Source: Diplonema japonicum (Eukaryota; Protista; Euglenozoa: Diplonemea). From it: a stretch of DNA of 64,000 bases. The stretch spans positions 930,001 to 994,000 of the forward strand of contig OZ025649.1 of the NCBI GenBank assembly GCA_964019335.1, in the 5' to 3' direction. Made by a program: the position numbers and the translations under genes. Shown here one piece after another: positions 48,907-59,181 of the stretch (position 1 is its first letter; each line of letters begins with the position of its first letter). A model generated the notes under the pieces. That model was not told the origin of the DNA. It worked only from the letters and a program-made list of their open reading frames with translations, and made no database searches.

Positions 48907-50586
48907 ATGAGGCCGTCGACAGCACCAGCGGTGCAAGTGCCCAGGGGCATTGCAGAGAATGACAAGGAGCTTTTAAGCATGTTTTTGTCTGAGGACTTCA
49001 CAACGCTTTGTTCGGACCCAGCCAGAATTCCTATGAAGGGTGTGCAGATCGAGACTGGAGTCTCTCTAAGACTAGTATGAATCAAGGTCATCCACAACAT
49101 AAAGGCAGAGGCGGCTTCTGACAACCCTAACAGCGTGTAGAACTCTTCTGCGCAAGGCTTGGAGTAGCAGTAGAGTGAGGGGGTCATCTGAGAGGGCCTT
49201 CCTTATGCTCGAGTGCGAGCGTTTGAAGGCATGGTCTTTACCAACGAATAACACACCACAGGACTTGGTTGGAGGGCTCGAGAGCAGGGATCCCAACACG
49301 CTGACAGACGCGTTCTGGGCGCAGGCAGAGGATTCCATGTCCATCGCAAAGGTCCTCAGCAGTAAGTCGCCACACTCTTCGTTTGCCTCGTGTAAGGCGG
49401 TAGTCCCGAGTAGTTTTATTGAGGAATCACAAAGGACGCGTCAACCTTCTCGGTTTATAAGCACAACGCTGACGTGTGCGCAGACTGCGAAGGTGCAGAG
49501 GAAGGTACTGTGCGCATGTGCACACCTAGACGACAGTTCTATTTTGTACACCGGGTGTGCTTCTGGTGAAGTGCTGCAGGTAACACTTCCGTGTGGAAAG
49601 AGGGATGTTAGTGCAATCGAGGTTTTATCCACAAGTCATGTGTATGCCGTGACACATGTTCTGTGCTGCAGGATACGCGAGAGGGACGTGCCCTTCGAGG
49701 ATGTGTTTGTCGTGTCTGGAGGTTTTGACAAGACAGTACGGATCATGAATATCACTAAGGGTAGGGTATACAGAGTTCTTCAGTATCACAGAGGGGCCAT
49801 GTCAGCCATGTGCTGCTGGGGCGGCCAGCTCATCACTGCGGGGCACGAGGGTGCGCTATTGGTTTGGGATATCACGAGGCGTACGTGTGAGTCTCTTCTG
49901 GCGTGCTCTGACGAAGGCAGGGTCGTGACCTCCCTACTTGCAGAAGGGCAGTTGCTTGTCATCGGCTACCAGTCGGGTGTCGTGAGGGTATATGTGTCAC
50001 CAAACGCAGCGGCACTCAACAGTGCTGAAGGCCCTCCTCCGGTATGCTGTGGTCAACCGTTCATTCAAATCAGCTACGGCTATGTTTCAAGTTCCTTGCA
50101 TCGGCCCCCATTCGGCGGGACATACCGATGCAGTTTCTGCCGCCGTCGAGTGACGGCTTGCGGGGACACAAAGGTGATGTTACTGCAGTCGCACTGCGTG
50201 ATGACATGTCGACACTCTTTACAGGTGGCGCTGATACTCATGTCATCAAGTGGATGCTACAGAAGAAGGATCAGGCATGGAAGGTCAAGGCACATGCAGC
50301 CTCTGTAAATTATGTGCTACCCATAGGCCTTTCTCTTCTGGCCACATCAGCAGATGATGGTTTACTGAAGCTGTGGGATGAAGATAACATGCTCCCTATA
50401 CGTGTGATGTCTCCCCACTACAGTGTTGTCACGTGTCTCTTGAGGGTGTCAACCAAGGATGCAGGCATGTCCTTTTCGGAGAAGCGGACGAAACGTGACC
50501 CGTGGCCTACTGTAATCACCACGTGCGAAGACTGCATCGACACTTGGGTATTTGGGTCGGACCGGCAGCAAGCATTTTATAACTAA
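48907..50586 (+). CDS. WD40-repeat protein; 3 exons
   Basis: VVSGGFDKTVRI, LITAGHEGALLVWD, GHKGDVTAV..LFTGGADTHVIKW, LATSADDGLLKLWD; introns 49075..49108, 50042..50073. Confidence 0.8.
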
Positions 50587-50637
50587 GGTCTAATTAGAAT
50601 TTTACAAGAGGTTTTCAGTTATTCAGTTATCACAGTT

Positions 50638-51405
50638 ATGACTAAGAATGTCGGTCACTGTAGCCCCACATCAATCTACGGGTGGCTGGTACAGTTGTGT
50701 ATTGGCATCGTAGGGATGAGCAGTATCTTGTTCAAGTGGAGTTTGGAGAAGCCGAGAAGGTCGTTCGGTACACTGCTTCTGGATGTTTCAAAGCAGATCG
50801 TAGGTGGGTTCATCACGCATTTCACAAAGGTGGGGTTCAGCGTCATCATTGACCATATGTCGACGGATTCATGTGATTCGTCGATTTCCTGCTGCGACAC
50901 CGAGTGCATCGCGTATGTAGTGCAGTCGACCTTCCAGGCGGTTTTGGTTATTCCTCCTGCCTTCTTTTTGTTGAAGGGTTTGGTTCATTTGGCGACTAAG
51001 AAAGAGTGGGACTTATTTGTTCCCTTCGGGCACTACGGCAAGCCGTATTGCAAGAAGCGAATTGCAGCACAGCTGGGTATATGGGCGCTAATCATGGGGT
51101 TCTGTAATGCCACGATCGAGGCAGCTTTTTTCATCCCTTTGAGGGATCAGCTGAACGACGCTGGTGAGTTCCTTCTCTCGTGGGTCCGATGCGCCGACCA
51201 CTCTGCTGAGCTTTGGATGGTAATCCTTGTCATCCCCATGTTCATCGACACAACGCAGTACCTTGTCTACGACTGCATTATTTCGCACAAGCCCGGCCAT
51301 GACGACGCGTCTTCCGTCTGCTCTACCGATCATGTCGATGAGACGAGGTCTCTTCTCACATACAATCATCCCTCCCCACCTGCCGACAATGGGTCCGTCA
51401 ATTAA
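50638..51405 (+). CDS. STIMATE/TMEM110-family membrane protein
   Basis: KWSLEKPRR...LLDVSKQ..G..ITHF, C..Y, FGHYGKP, QLGIW, ELWMVILVIP. Confidence 0.85.
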   Translation: MTKNVGHCSPTSIYGWLVQLCIGIVGMSSILFKWSLEKPRRSFGTLLLDVSKQIVGGFITHFTKVGFSVIIDHMSTDSCDSSISCCDTECIAYVVQSTFQAVLVIPPAFFLLKGLVHLATKKEWDLFVPFGHYGKPYCKKRIAAQLGIWALIMGFCNATIEAAFFIPLRDQLNDAGEFLLSWVRCADHSAELWMVILVIPMFIDTTQYLVYDCIISHKPGHDDASSVCSTDHVDETRSLLTYNHPSPPADNGSVN

Positions 51406-51602
51406 GTGTAAGCCCGCTCGTGTGTTTTGTCATATCTTTTCCTTGCGAGTTGTTTCTACGGCATGACCGTGCTACGCGTGAGTTCATTCTTTTACCGACT
51501 TCAGTTTATGATTGGGCCCGGTCCGTTATTTGTGTTAGTTTTTAAGTATTCAGTTGTTTGTTTATTTAGATACTTTGAGTCGGCATCAGGTTTCAGTTCA
51601 GG

Positions 51603-52967
51603 ATGGGGGATCACGGTTCATCAAAGTATGACAGTATTAGTGAGGCTGCTTGGCTGGCGAAGGTCCATACGCCGTGCCTGCCGCACCCCGAGCTGAGGGC
51701 ACATCTGACAGACGTCGAGTCTGAAGAGGGGTTCGAAGAAGCTTTTGTAGATGTGCTTGTTGAGATCCCAGCAGGACTCAGGAAGGTCATCTCTGGAGGA
51801 AGGTGCCTAAGGCTCAGATCACTCAAAACAGAAAGGTTCTTGAAGCAGTTGTTTCATGGCATCGCAGACCACTCACCTGTCGGCGTCACACTCAAGCCGT
51901 ACGATCTTAGCCACGCGCATGTTGTAAGCACTGGTGGGGATGTACTTCTAGTATTTCACGCAAAAGAGTTCCCTAGGGAGTACCGCCATTCTACTGTAGC
52001 TCCTGTGCTGCCAGTTGGCCACTATGACATGGGTGGTGTACACGATCCTCGCCACGGCACGGTGCACTCTGTGAAGGATTTAGACTACCACCTACGGAAC
52101 TACATCTACATCCTCTCGACAAATACAATCTACTTAGCGGATCCCGCGCACAAGTCATTCCCGTCTGAGCTTCTGTCAAACCAGGAGTTCTGCACACTTG
52201 ATGAGTGGAAGCTAGGCACTGTGGTAGGCGATGTTAACTACTTGCAGGGATACGGGGTGCTGATGGCACCTAGGCATGCCTTAAGGTGGCAGACACGAGT
52301 GCGCCATGCTGTAGGCAGGGTCCAGGCGAGGTCTTCGAATGCTACTTCTGAAGAGTTGAGCCTGATGGACGAGTTTTCACAGAGTATTGTGAAGCTGCTG
52401 CGAGAGGACACGATCAGCTTGAGTGATTCAATGTCCGAGTTGTTACATTTGTTCAGGACCGCTTCCGAGGAGGATCTAGAGTGTTTGGCAAATGGTGGCA
52501 AGGTGTTCGGGTTTCCAGAGGGTGTGTGTGCCACGTTAGCTTCCTATGCCGAAGATGTGCTTGGGGAGAGGGTGGAGTCAAGGAAGCATGCTGCGACGAA
52601 GCACAAGGAGGAATTGGTTGGGAAGGGCGTTTGTGCCTTTCATGCCGAGGAGTTTCTAGAGTTGACTTCAACGCAGCATGGGTTTTCAGCTTTCCGTGCG
52701 ATGCAGGTACTGGAGGTGGTCCACCCGCGGTACAGATCAGACGAGAACACTATGACCTTCGGTGATAAGTCTTATGATGTCTCGATTGCTTCCACTGCCT
52801 GCAGGATGGTGTACTATGCCGACTCGGCGCTAGAAGCACTTTCGATGCATGAGAGTTCGGGGGTGCCGCTTCATGCGGCATGCGATAGCGTCGTGCAGAG
52901 GAAGGAGGAGTTGACTCGCATGCAGATCAAGAAGCAGCAAGAACAGCAGCTTCGAAGGAATAGTTAG
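51603..52967 (+). CDS. Hypothetical protein (454 aa)
   Basis: Intronless long ORF in the gene array; no family confidently recognised. Confidence 0.7.
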   Translation: MGDHGSSKYDSISEAAWLAKVHTPCLPHPELRAHLTDVESEEGFEEAFVDVLVEIPAGLRKVISGGRCLRLRSLKTERFLKQLFHGIADHSPVGVTLKPYDLSHAHVVSTGGDVLLVFHAKEFPREYRHSTVAPVLPVGHYDMGGVHDPRHGTVHSVKDLDYHLRNYIYILSTNTIYLADPAHKSFPSELLSNQEFCTLDEWKLGTVVGDVNYLQGYGVLMAPRHALRWQTRVRHAVGRVQARSSNATSEELSLMDEFSQSIVKLLREDTISLSDSMSELLHLFRTASEEDLECLANGGKVFGFPEGVCATLASYAEDVLGERVESRKHAATKHKEELVGKGVCAFHAEEFLELTSTQHGFSAFRAMQVLEVVHPRYRSDENTMTFGDKSYDVSIASTACRMVYYADSALEALSMHESSGVPLHAACDSVVQRKEELTRMQIKKQQEQQLRRNS

Positions 52968-53060
52968 ATATTATTGTCAATTCCCTAGCTACAGTTATTT
53001 TTTCAGTATTGTTTCTGTTTATCGCCCTTCTTTTATTCAGCAGGACAGGAAAGAAGGACA

Positions 53061-54281
53061 ATGAAGCAGAATATTGTTTTTGGCATACTTTATCTGAACA
53101 TTGTGTTGTATGCCTTCTGCTACATGATGCAGCAGCCTGTTCTGCCTGACTTAATTAAGACTTATGTCGGAGAAGGTACCTCTACGGAAGTAGAGTGGGC
53201 GAAGCTCCAGACTGTCTTTGCAGCGCTGCAGATGGTTGGTGTCCTCACGTCTGGGTACATCAGCGATGTCATGGGGGCAAAAACGGTGTTGATTCTATCG
53301 CAGGTGGCGTCTATCTTGGGATATGGGCTACAATGGCACACTGACAGTCTAATGGGTCTGTACGTGAGTAGGATTCCGGGTATCTTTCAGCACGCTTTCA
53401 TGGGCACAGCTGCTTACATCACAGACGTCACGCCTGCTGCATCAAGATCACAAATGCTTGGCTATATTCAGCTTGCTTATGGCGTAGGCATGGTTGTGGG
53501 GCCACTCACGGGCGGCTACTTCAGCGATGTTGACCTCAGCTTGTGCTCTTTTACCGCGACAATTGTTTCCTGCTTTGCGCTAGTCCTTATTTTGATGCTT
53601 CCAAACACTAAAGCAGGAATCCAAGACAAGACAAAGCCTGACAGCTCCATCTCTGAGTGCCTAAAGGTCCTTGCGATTCCTGAGGTAAGGCATGTCACCT
53701 TCATGAAGGTCTTTGCTGCGTTAGCGATGTCCACGTGGCAGTCAACATTTGTTGTTGCTGCTGAGAACTTTGGATTTGGTTCTAAGGAGCGCGGATATGT
53801 AATGGTGTACATGTCCGTGATAGGGATGGTGTTTATTGGTGTTGGTTCTATTAAGCGTCTAGAGGCACTTTTTTCGATAAATGAGTTGAACATTTTGACA
53901 GGTTGCTTATTAGCAGCGGCTTATATTATTGTGCCTTCGTCAGCTTGGGTCACAGGCCACGTAGCGCTGCCATACGATATTAAGGTTCCCCTGTCTGTAG
54001 TTATGCTTGTGGTACTTCTCATTCCCATTGTCGGTGGGACTGCAGTGCTTCGCTCCACTATCCCGTCCCTTTTTACGCGCTCTGTTGACAGCTCGAAGAG
54101 TGGTTTAGTCCTGGGTGTAGACATGTCACTTGGCTCGTTGGCTGGTCTCGTTTCACCTTCATTTGGAGCAGCTGTCTACTCTTACTTCGGGTTCCAAGGG
54201 CTAGGGTTGTCATGCTCTCTTCTTGTACTTGCGATGTCTTTGACGTCTTACTTAGACTTGGGCAAGGCTAAGAGGGACTAG
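53061..54281 (+). CDS. MFS transporter (DHA1/TetA/SLC22A18-like)
   Basis: GYISDVMGAK motif A, SRIPG, AYITD, GVGMVVGP; about 12 TM segments. Confidence 0.9.
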   Translation: MKQNIVFGILYLNIVLYAFCYMMQQPVLPDLIKTYVGEGTSTEVEWAKLQTVFAALQMVGVLTSGYISDVMGAKTVLILSQVASILGYGLQWHTDSLMGLYVSRIPGIFQHAFMGTAAYITDVTPAASRSQMLGYIQLAYGVGMVVGPLTGGYFSDVDLSLCSFTATIVSCFALVLILMLPNTKAGIQDKTKPDSSISECLKVLAIPEVRHVTFMKVFAALAMSTWQSTFVVAAENFGFGSKERGYVMVYMSVIGMVFIGVGSIKRLEALFSINELNILTGCLLAAAYIIVPSSAWVTGHVALPYDIKVPLSVVMLVVLLIPIVGGTAVLRSTIPSLFTRSVDSSKSGLVLGVDMSLGSLAGLVSPSFGAAVYSYFGFQGLGLSCSLLVLAMSLTSYLDLGKAKRD

Positions 54282-54531
54282 AAACGCTGTAGGGATACAC
54301 CTTTTCTTCGTCAGAGGTCATTCTAGAAGTCACAGAGGCCGCAGCGAAGGCTCATGACTCTTCAGTGACGAGGTGGACGATTTTAGGTTACATTTTTTTC
54401 TGCACTTTGAATTTTTTTTAAGGCGATCCTGTCATATACTGCAGGTTCCCTACAGAGACACCTTTTTTGCGAATTATTATGCTTCATTTCTTATTCATCT
54501 GTTTAAACTATCCGAAGCTTAGAAAAGAAAT

Positions 54532-56051
54532 ATGGGACGTGAGGCAGGTGCCGTAGCCCGGTGGACTGCTCTAGATGAGCATGGGAACAGTAATTCACGG
54601 CATCAGCCATATCCGCAGAAGGATCTGGTCACGAGGGTGAAGAACATGCAACGGACAGACGCCATGTTTCGGGAGGCGTGGGACCAGCACTGCGACGTCG
54701 CAGGAACGGGTCTTAAGGACCCCGCGAAATATGACGAAGCGTTCCTGCAGGAGGCTCTTGACAAGCTGCCGAAGAGCAATGCAAACAAGACAAGTAAGAG
54801 TACCTCGGACCTCAGCGAGACCATCAATAGCACCCTCAACAATATCAGTGGCGCTATACCTCAGATCACTCCTGCAGCAATCCAGCTGGCAGCAGGAGTA
54901 CTCTCCGGTCAGGGGCAGAGCGCAGATATCAATCAACTGGCAGTGCTGGCAGGCTTACTTAGTGCTGCAAACGCCGGAGGCAGCAGTGGGGGTGCTTCAA
55001 GCGACGCGGCTGTTACAGACGATCAGAAAGCTGCGAGGCCTAAGGCGGTGAAGGTTTGCGACACGTTAAAGAAGTTTGGCCAGAGTATGTCCTTTGCTAG
55101 TACTTCATGTACACCATAGGTTATGCGATTGAGTTTTATGCCTTGCGGAGGCTCCAGGAACACTCCCAGAGTGTGAGGCACGAGGTCATGATGGGTGTGA
55201 AGGCGAATACAGACCCTAACGTTTCGAACACTCAGTTGGTCATGAAGCTTTGCAAGCAGGTGGAGAATGGAAGACCTCTCAAGAATACTGAAAAGAAGAA
55301 TGTCCCATACTGCCCTCAGGCATCTTCGACAGACGTGCGGCAGTGCAGAAAGGGACATAAGCTGGAGCCGAAGAATTATTACAAAGAGAAGTGCGAGATT
55401 TGTTTAAAGGTATTTTCCGCACTTTATCCACTGCCTGCAGAATGATGGGATATGGGAATGCGACCTGTGTAGGTACTTTATCTGCACGGAGTGCATCGAG
55501 CAACGGCAGATCAAGGAGGTATGTCCACTGGTAAGCACTTTCATTCATTATAGATGGTCATTACTCCTGCGCTAGTAGGGCTTCTGATCGGTACGGGGGG
55601 AAGCAATCTTAAGAGGCTTCAGAAGAAGGTGGTTGGCGCTGTATTTAGAATCCCAAAGAAGGAGGTAGATACCTATGTGTTTTTGTAACGTTTTCAATTA
55701 TAGGAGCTTCCAGAAACGCCTGTGCGAGTGATAGGCAAGCCTGATGATCTGCACAAGGCCTTCGCGGCTATGAACGAGATGATCGCTCAGTTTGGTGAGG
55801 GTGTCGGCATCGGGGCCCCAAAGGTATGCTGCTTGATTGTGTAAAGCATCCACCAGCCTGGTTTCGAGTTTCCCATTGGGAGCACCGTTAGGGTGTCGGG
55901 GCTGCAAGAGGCGACTTGTCTGAACAATGAAATGGGGAAGGTAACGGGATATGGCAAGGTGGATCAGACTGGTCGCGTGATGGTTGCGTTTCACAACAAG
56001 GACCATGGCGAGAGGCTTCTTAAACCGATTAATCTTAGCCATGTGAACTAA
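54532..56051 (+). CDS. Multidomain RNA-binding protein: N-terminal helical domain, Cys/His Zn-finger, KH domain, C-terminal SH3-like module; 6 exons
   Basis: CRKGH...CEIC...CDLC...C.EC; KH GLLIGTGGSNLKRLQ; VRVSGL..LN..GKV..GRV..LKPINL; introns start 55085, 55410, 55519, 55665, 55824. Confidence 0.78.
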
Positions 56052-56117
56052 TTCTTATTTCTAAGTAGACTTGTATTTTCTTTGTCTGCTTTACTTCATC
56101 ACAGCACAGGTGGCAAT

Positions 56118-56444
56118 ATGTTGGCGGCAGTACTTCTCATAGTTGTGGTCTCTGGTGCGGCAGGGCTCGAGGCGGTATGACTTTGTTTCCCTCGAAGATC
56201 AGCACAGCCCGTACCTCTGCCCACTCCGACAGGATTGCCGCGGCCGTCACCGACGTTGTCTGTCGGGCTCCACGTAAGCAGGAGCAGGGTGCGTATGCCT
56301 CCCGCTGTTCTAGCAGCTGATGCGCTTTCTAACTGCAGTACAACAGGCCGTGCATATGACACACTCCACGGTCACATTGGGACGGATGGTATTTTTCTGT
56401 ACTTGTACCGCTGCATCGGGCATTTTGTGTCCTTCTTCCGGTAG
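56118..56444 (+). CDS. Small putative secreted Pro-rich protein (~97 aa; 3' structure uncertain)
   Basis: ATG after gcacag; signal peptide MLAAVLLIVVVSGAAG; stop-containing 33-nt intron 56175..56207 joins to the ORF ending 56444. Confidence 0.5.
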
Positions 56445-56903
56445 ATTATCGGATCTTAAATTTGATCTTTTTTCTAGTTTCAGTCTGTTACTTTCACATA
56501 TATTCTTTAGTCGTAGTTACGCTTGCATGCCACATTATGGCAGCAATGAAGGTCTCGTATTCTACCGCTTAGGTTCTCCAGATTTTCTGCGAACTGAATC
56601 GATTGGACTGCTGGGCTTGCCCACCCTTGTTCCACCTTTTAGCTTATATTTTTTTATCCGTGGATTCCCTGTGTTACGGCTATTCCCGTTCCGAACCCGC
56701 TGCACGGCGGGAACCGAACGGCACTCTCGAATCATCAACTTGAACTTTTTCACAGTTTCTCCTCTTTCTTACTCCATGTAACTTATAATATAGGTTAACA
56801 CCGCAGTTGGTTTCCCTTCGTTGTTGTAGGCTCAGTCTCGAGGCGACCCAGCTTTTACTTTTCTTTGATTGGTTTTTTTGTGCAGTAGTTCTACAGGAAT
56901 AAG

Positions 56904-57911
56904 ATGCGTGAGTGCCGTGTTGTGCTGTATGGCTACGGGTCTGTCGGGAAGGCCTTCGTGGACATGCTGGTCGAGAAAGAGGAGTTCTTGAGGGGTGAGG
57001 AAGACGTAGAGTTTAAGGTGTTTGGCGTCGTAACGAAGAGGCATGGGTGGGTACTGAGTGAGACTCCTTTAGACCTCGTTCAGCTGAGGACTACCGAGGA
57101 GTTTGAAAGATCTTCTACCGACCTCCCGCCAGTCGCAGATCTCATGAAGCAGTTGTCCCAATCACCCTACTGCGTGGATGTAGTCATAGAGGCCATTCCT
57201 ACGAACTACGAGACAGGCGAGCCTGCACTCAGCATCCTCCGCAGTGCACTGCAGAATGGCATGCATAGCGTTACTGCCAACAAAGGGCCTGTTGTGCACG
57301 GGTATTCGGAGCTCACGGAGCTGGGCCGTACTACAGGCAAGAAGTTTTTGTTTGAGTCATCGGTTATGGATGGTGTCCCTATCTTTAACTTGGCCAAGAA
57401 CTGCCTGCGGGGGGCTTCCATTAAGGGCTTTAAGGGTATTCTTAACTCAACTACAAACGTTGTGCTCAGTGGCATGGAGAAAGGTTTGACTTTCGAGCAG
57501 TCACTTCAGGAGGCCCGCGACATTGGTATCGTTGAAGAAGATGCCAGCGGTGACATCGACGGGTGGGATGCTGCTGTAAAGGTCGCTGCCTTGTCGACTG
57601 TCCTCTTTAGGACGCCTGTTTCGCCTTCTGATGTGCCGAAGGAGAGCATCAAGCATCTAACACCCGAGCAGGTGAACAGGGTTGCTTCAGAGGGCAGGCG
57701 TTTCAAGGTTATTTGCAGTGGCCTTCCTCTCAAGGTGGCACTAGAGGAGGTACCTCCCTCTTCTCCGTTTTATAACATTTCTGGTGCCAGTGCTGCTGTA
57801 GAGATTTACACAGATGTCCTTGGGCCAATCACCGTAGTGAGCACCAATCCGACGAACAGTGACACGGCATATGGCGTTCTGTCTGATTGCCTGGAGGCTG
57901 TGCGCTGTTGA
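56904..57911 (+). CDS. hom: Homoserine dehydrogenase (short form, no ACT domain)
   Basis: GYGSVG, VTANKGP, FESSVMDGVPI, GILNSTTN, GIVEEDASGDIDGWDAAVK, TAYGVLSD; intronless. Confidence 0.93.
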   Translation: MRECRVVLYGYGSVGKAFVDMLVEKEEFLRGEEDVEFKVFGVVTKRHGWVLSETPLDLVQLRTTEEFERSSTDLPPVADLMKQLSQSPYCVDVVIEAIPTNYETGEPALSILRSALQNGMHSVTANKGPVVHGYSELTELGRTTGKKFLFESSVMDGVPIFNLAKNCLRGASIKGFKGILNSTTNVVLSGMEKGLTFEQSLQEARDIGIVEEDASGDIDGWDAAVKVAALSTVLFRTPVSPSDVPKESIKHLTPEQVNRVASEGRRFKVICSGLPLKVALEEVPPSSPFYNISGASAAVEIYTDVLGPITVVSTNPTNSDTAYGVLSDCLEAVRC

Positions 57912-57967
57912 ATAGTGTCGAACTCTATTTTGTATTTCGTTCCTCTATAAATAAGCCATTTAGGGTC

Positions 57968-58993
57968 ATGACGACACAAGTGCCGGTTCCGTATGCAAGT
58001 ACACCTCCTGTACCAAGGTCTGGCCACTGCTCGGCGTTGGATGAGGATAATGGTGTGTGGTACGTCTACGGTGGTCTTGGCGCGCGCAGGTACGGCGATC
58101 TTTGGTGCTTCTGCTTTGAGAGCCGAGAGTGGAGGGCCGTTGATACTCGTGGTGAGGCTCCTATCCCGCGGAGTAAAGCTTCACTTGTGAGGTACAAGGA
58201 TCAGCTTTTGTTGTTTGGAGGGTGGGGGATCGGTCACAGGAATAGTGGCGATGCTAAGTTGAACGATTTGTGGCGCATAACTATTGGTGAGTGGGAGTGG
58301 AGAAGGGTGGATGTAAAGGGTAACAGCCCTCCTCCTCGGAGCAGCCACAGCTGTACATTGATAGGAAGCAGAATGTATTTGTTTGGGGGTATTGGTTCCC
58401 AGAAGTACAGTGATCTTTGGTGTTTTGACTTTCCCTCTAGTACGTGGCGTCAGTTGGCCACGTCTTCTGCTCCAGGAAAGCGGAGTAGCTATGGGGGTCT
58501 TCACTTTTATAGGGGATGCTTGTTGGTTGTTGGCGGGCTTGGCTGTGGGCAGTTTAATGACACATGGACACTGGACTTAGAATCTTATCCACTTGTTTGG
58601 AAGCAGCTGGCATGCACTGGTGAGATACCTTCGAAGCGGGGTAGACATGCAGCAGGTATTGTTGGTGACAAGCTTTTGGTAATGGGGGGGACCAACCTTC
58701 GTAAGTCTCATGCCGATGTTTATACCTTAGATCTAACCTCAGGTGTATGGGTGCAGCACAAGACAGGAAGCAGGTTCCTTCCCCGTGACTCGGCGGTGTC
58801 TTGCGTTTGGAATGATGAGCTGATCATCCATGGTGGCTGCAACAACTTGAAGGTTTGGTACAGTGACATGTGGTCTTTTGGCTATTCTGATACCCTTCGT
58901 TCTGACGACGTTCTAGAGTCCATCCCCAGCGAGACTTTCACATCTGATGACGTGCAGGATGACGAGGACGAGCTTGCAGGAGCTCATGAATAA
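57968..58993 (+). CDS. Kelch-repeat protein
   Basis: Six PxPRxxH...GG...DLW units. Confidence 0.9.
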   Translation: MTTQVPVPYASTPPVPRSGHCSALDEDNGVWYVYGGLGARRYGDLWCFCFESREWRAVDTRGEAPIPRSKASLVRYKDQLLLFGGWGIGHRNSGDAKLNDLWRITIGEWEWRRVDVKGNSPPPRSSHSCTLIGSRMYLFGGIGSQKYSDLWCFDFPSSTWRQLATSSAPGKRSSYGGLHFYRGCLLVVGGLGCGQFNDTWTLDLESYPLVWKQLACTGEIPSKRGRHAAGIVGDKLLVMGGTNLRKSHADVYTLDLTSGVWVQHKTGSRFLPRDSAVSCVWNDELIIHGGCNNLKVWYSDMWSFGYSDTLRSDDVLESIPSETFTSDDVQDDEDELAGAHE

Positions 58994-59181
58994 TAGCATC
59001 TCTTCCCGCTTTTGTTTTCCCTTGCCTTTTCTTTACACAAGAGGCTGTCCTCACGTGTCTTTTACTTTGAGCTTTATTTCTGAGAGTCTTTTTAGACTCT
59101 TTTTTTTAGGAGTTAGATTTTGTTTTCCACGATGACAGTCTGAGAGTGTGAGAACGGGCGTCTTTAGGTTTTACAGGGCAC

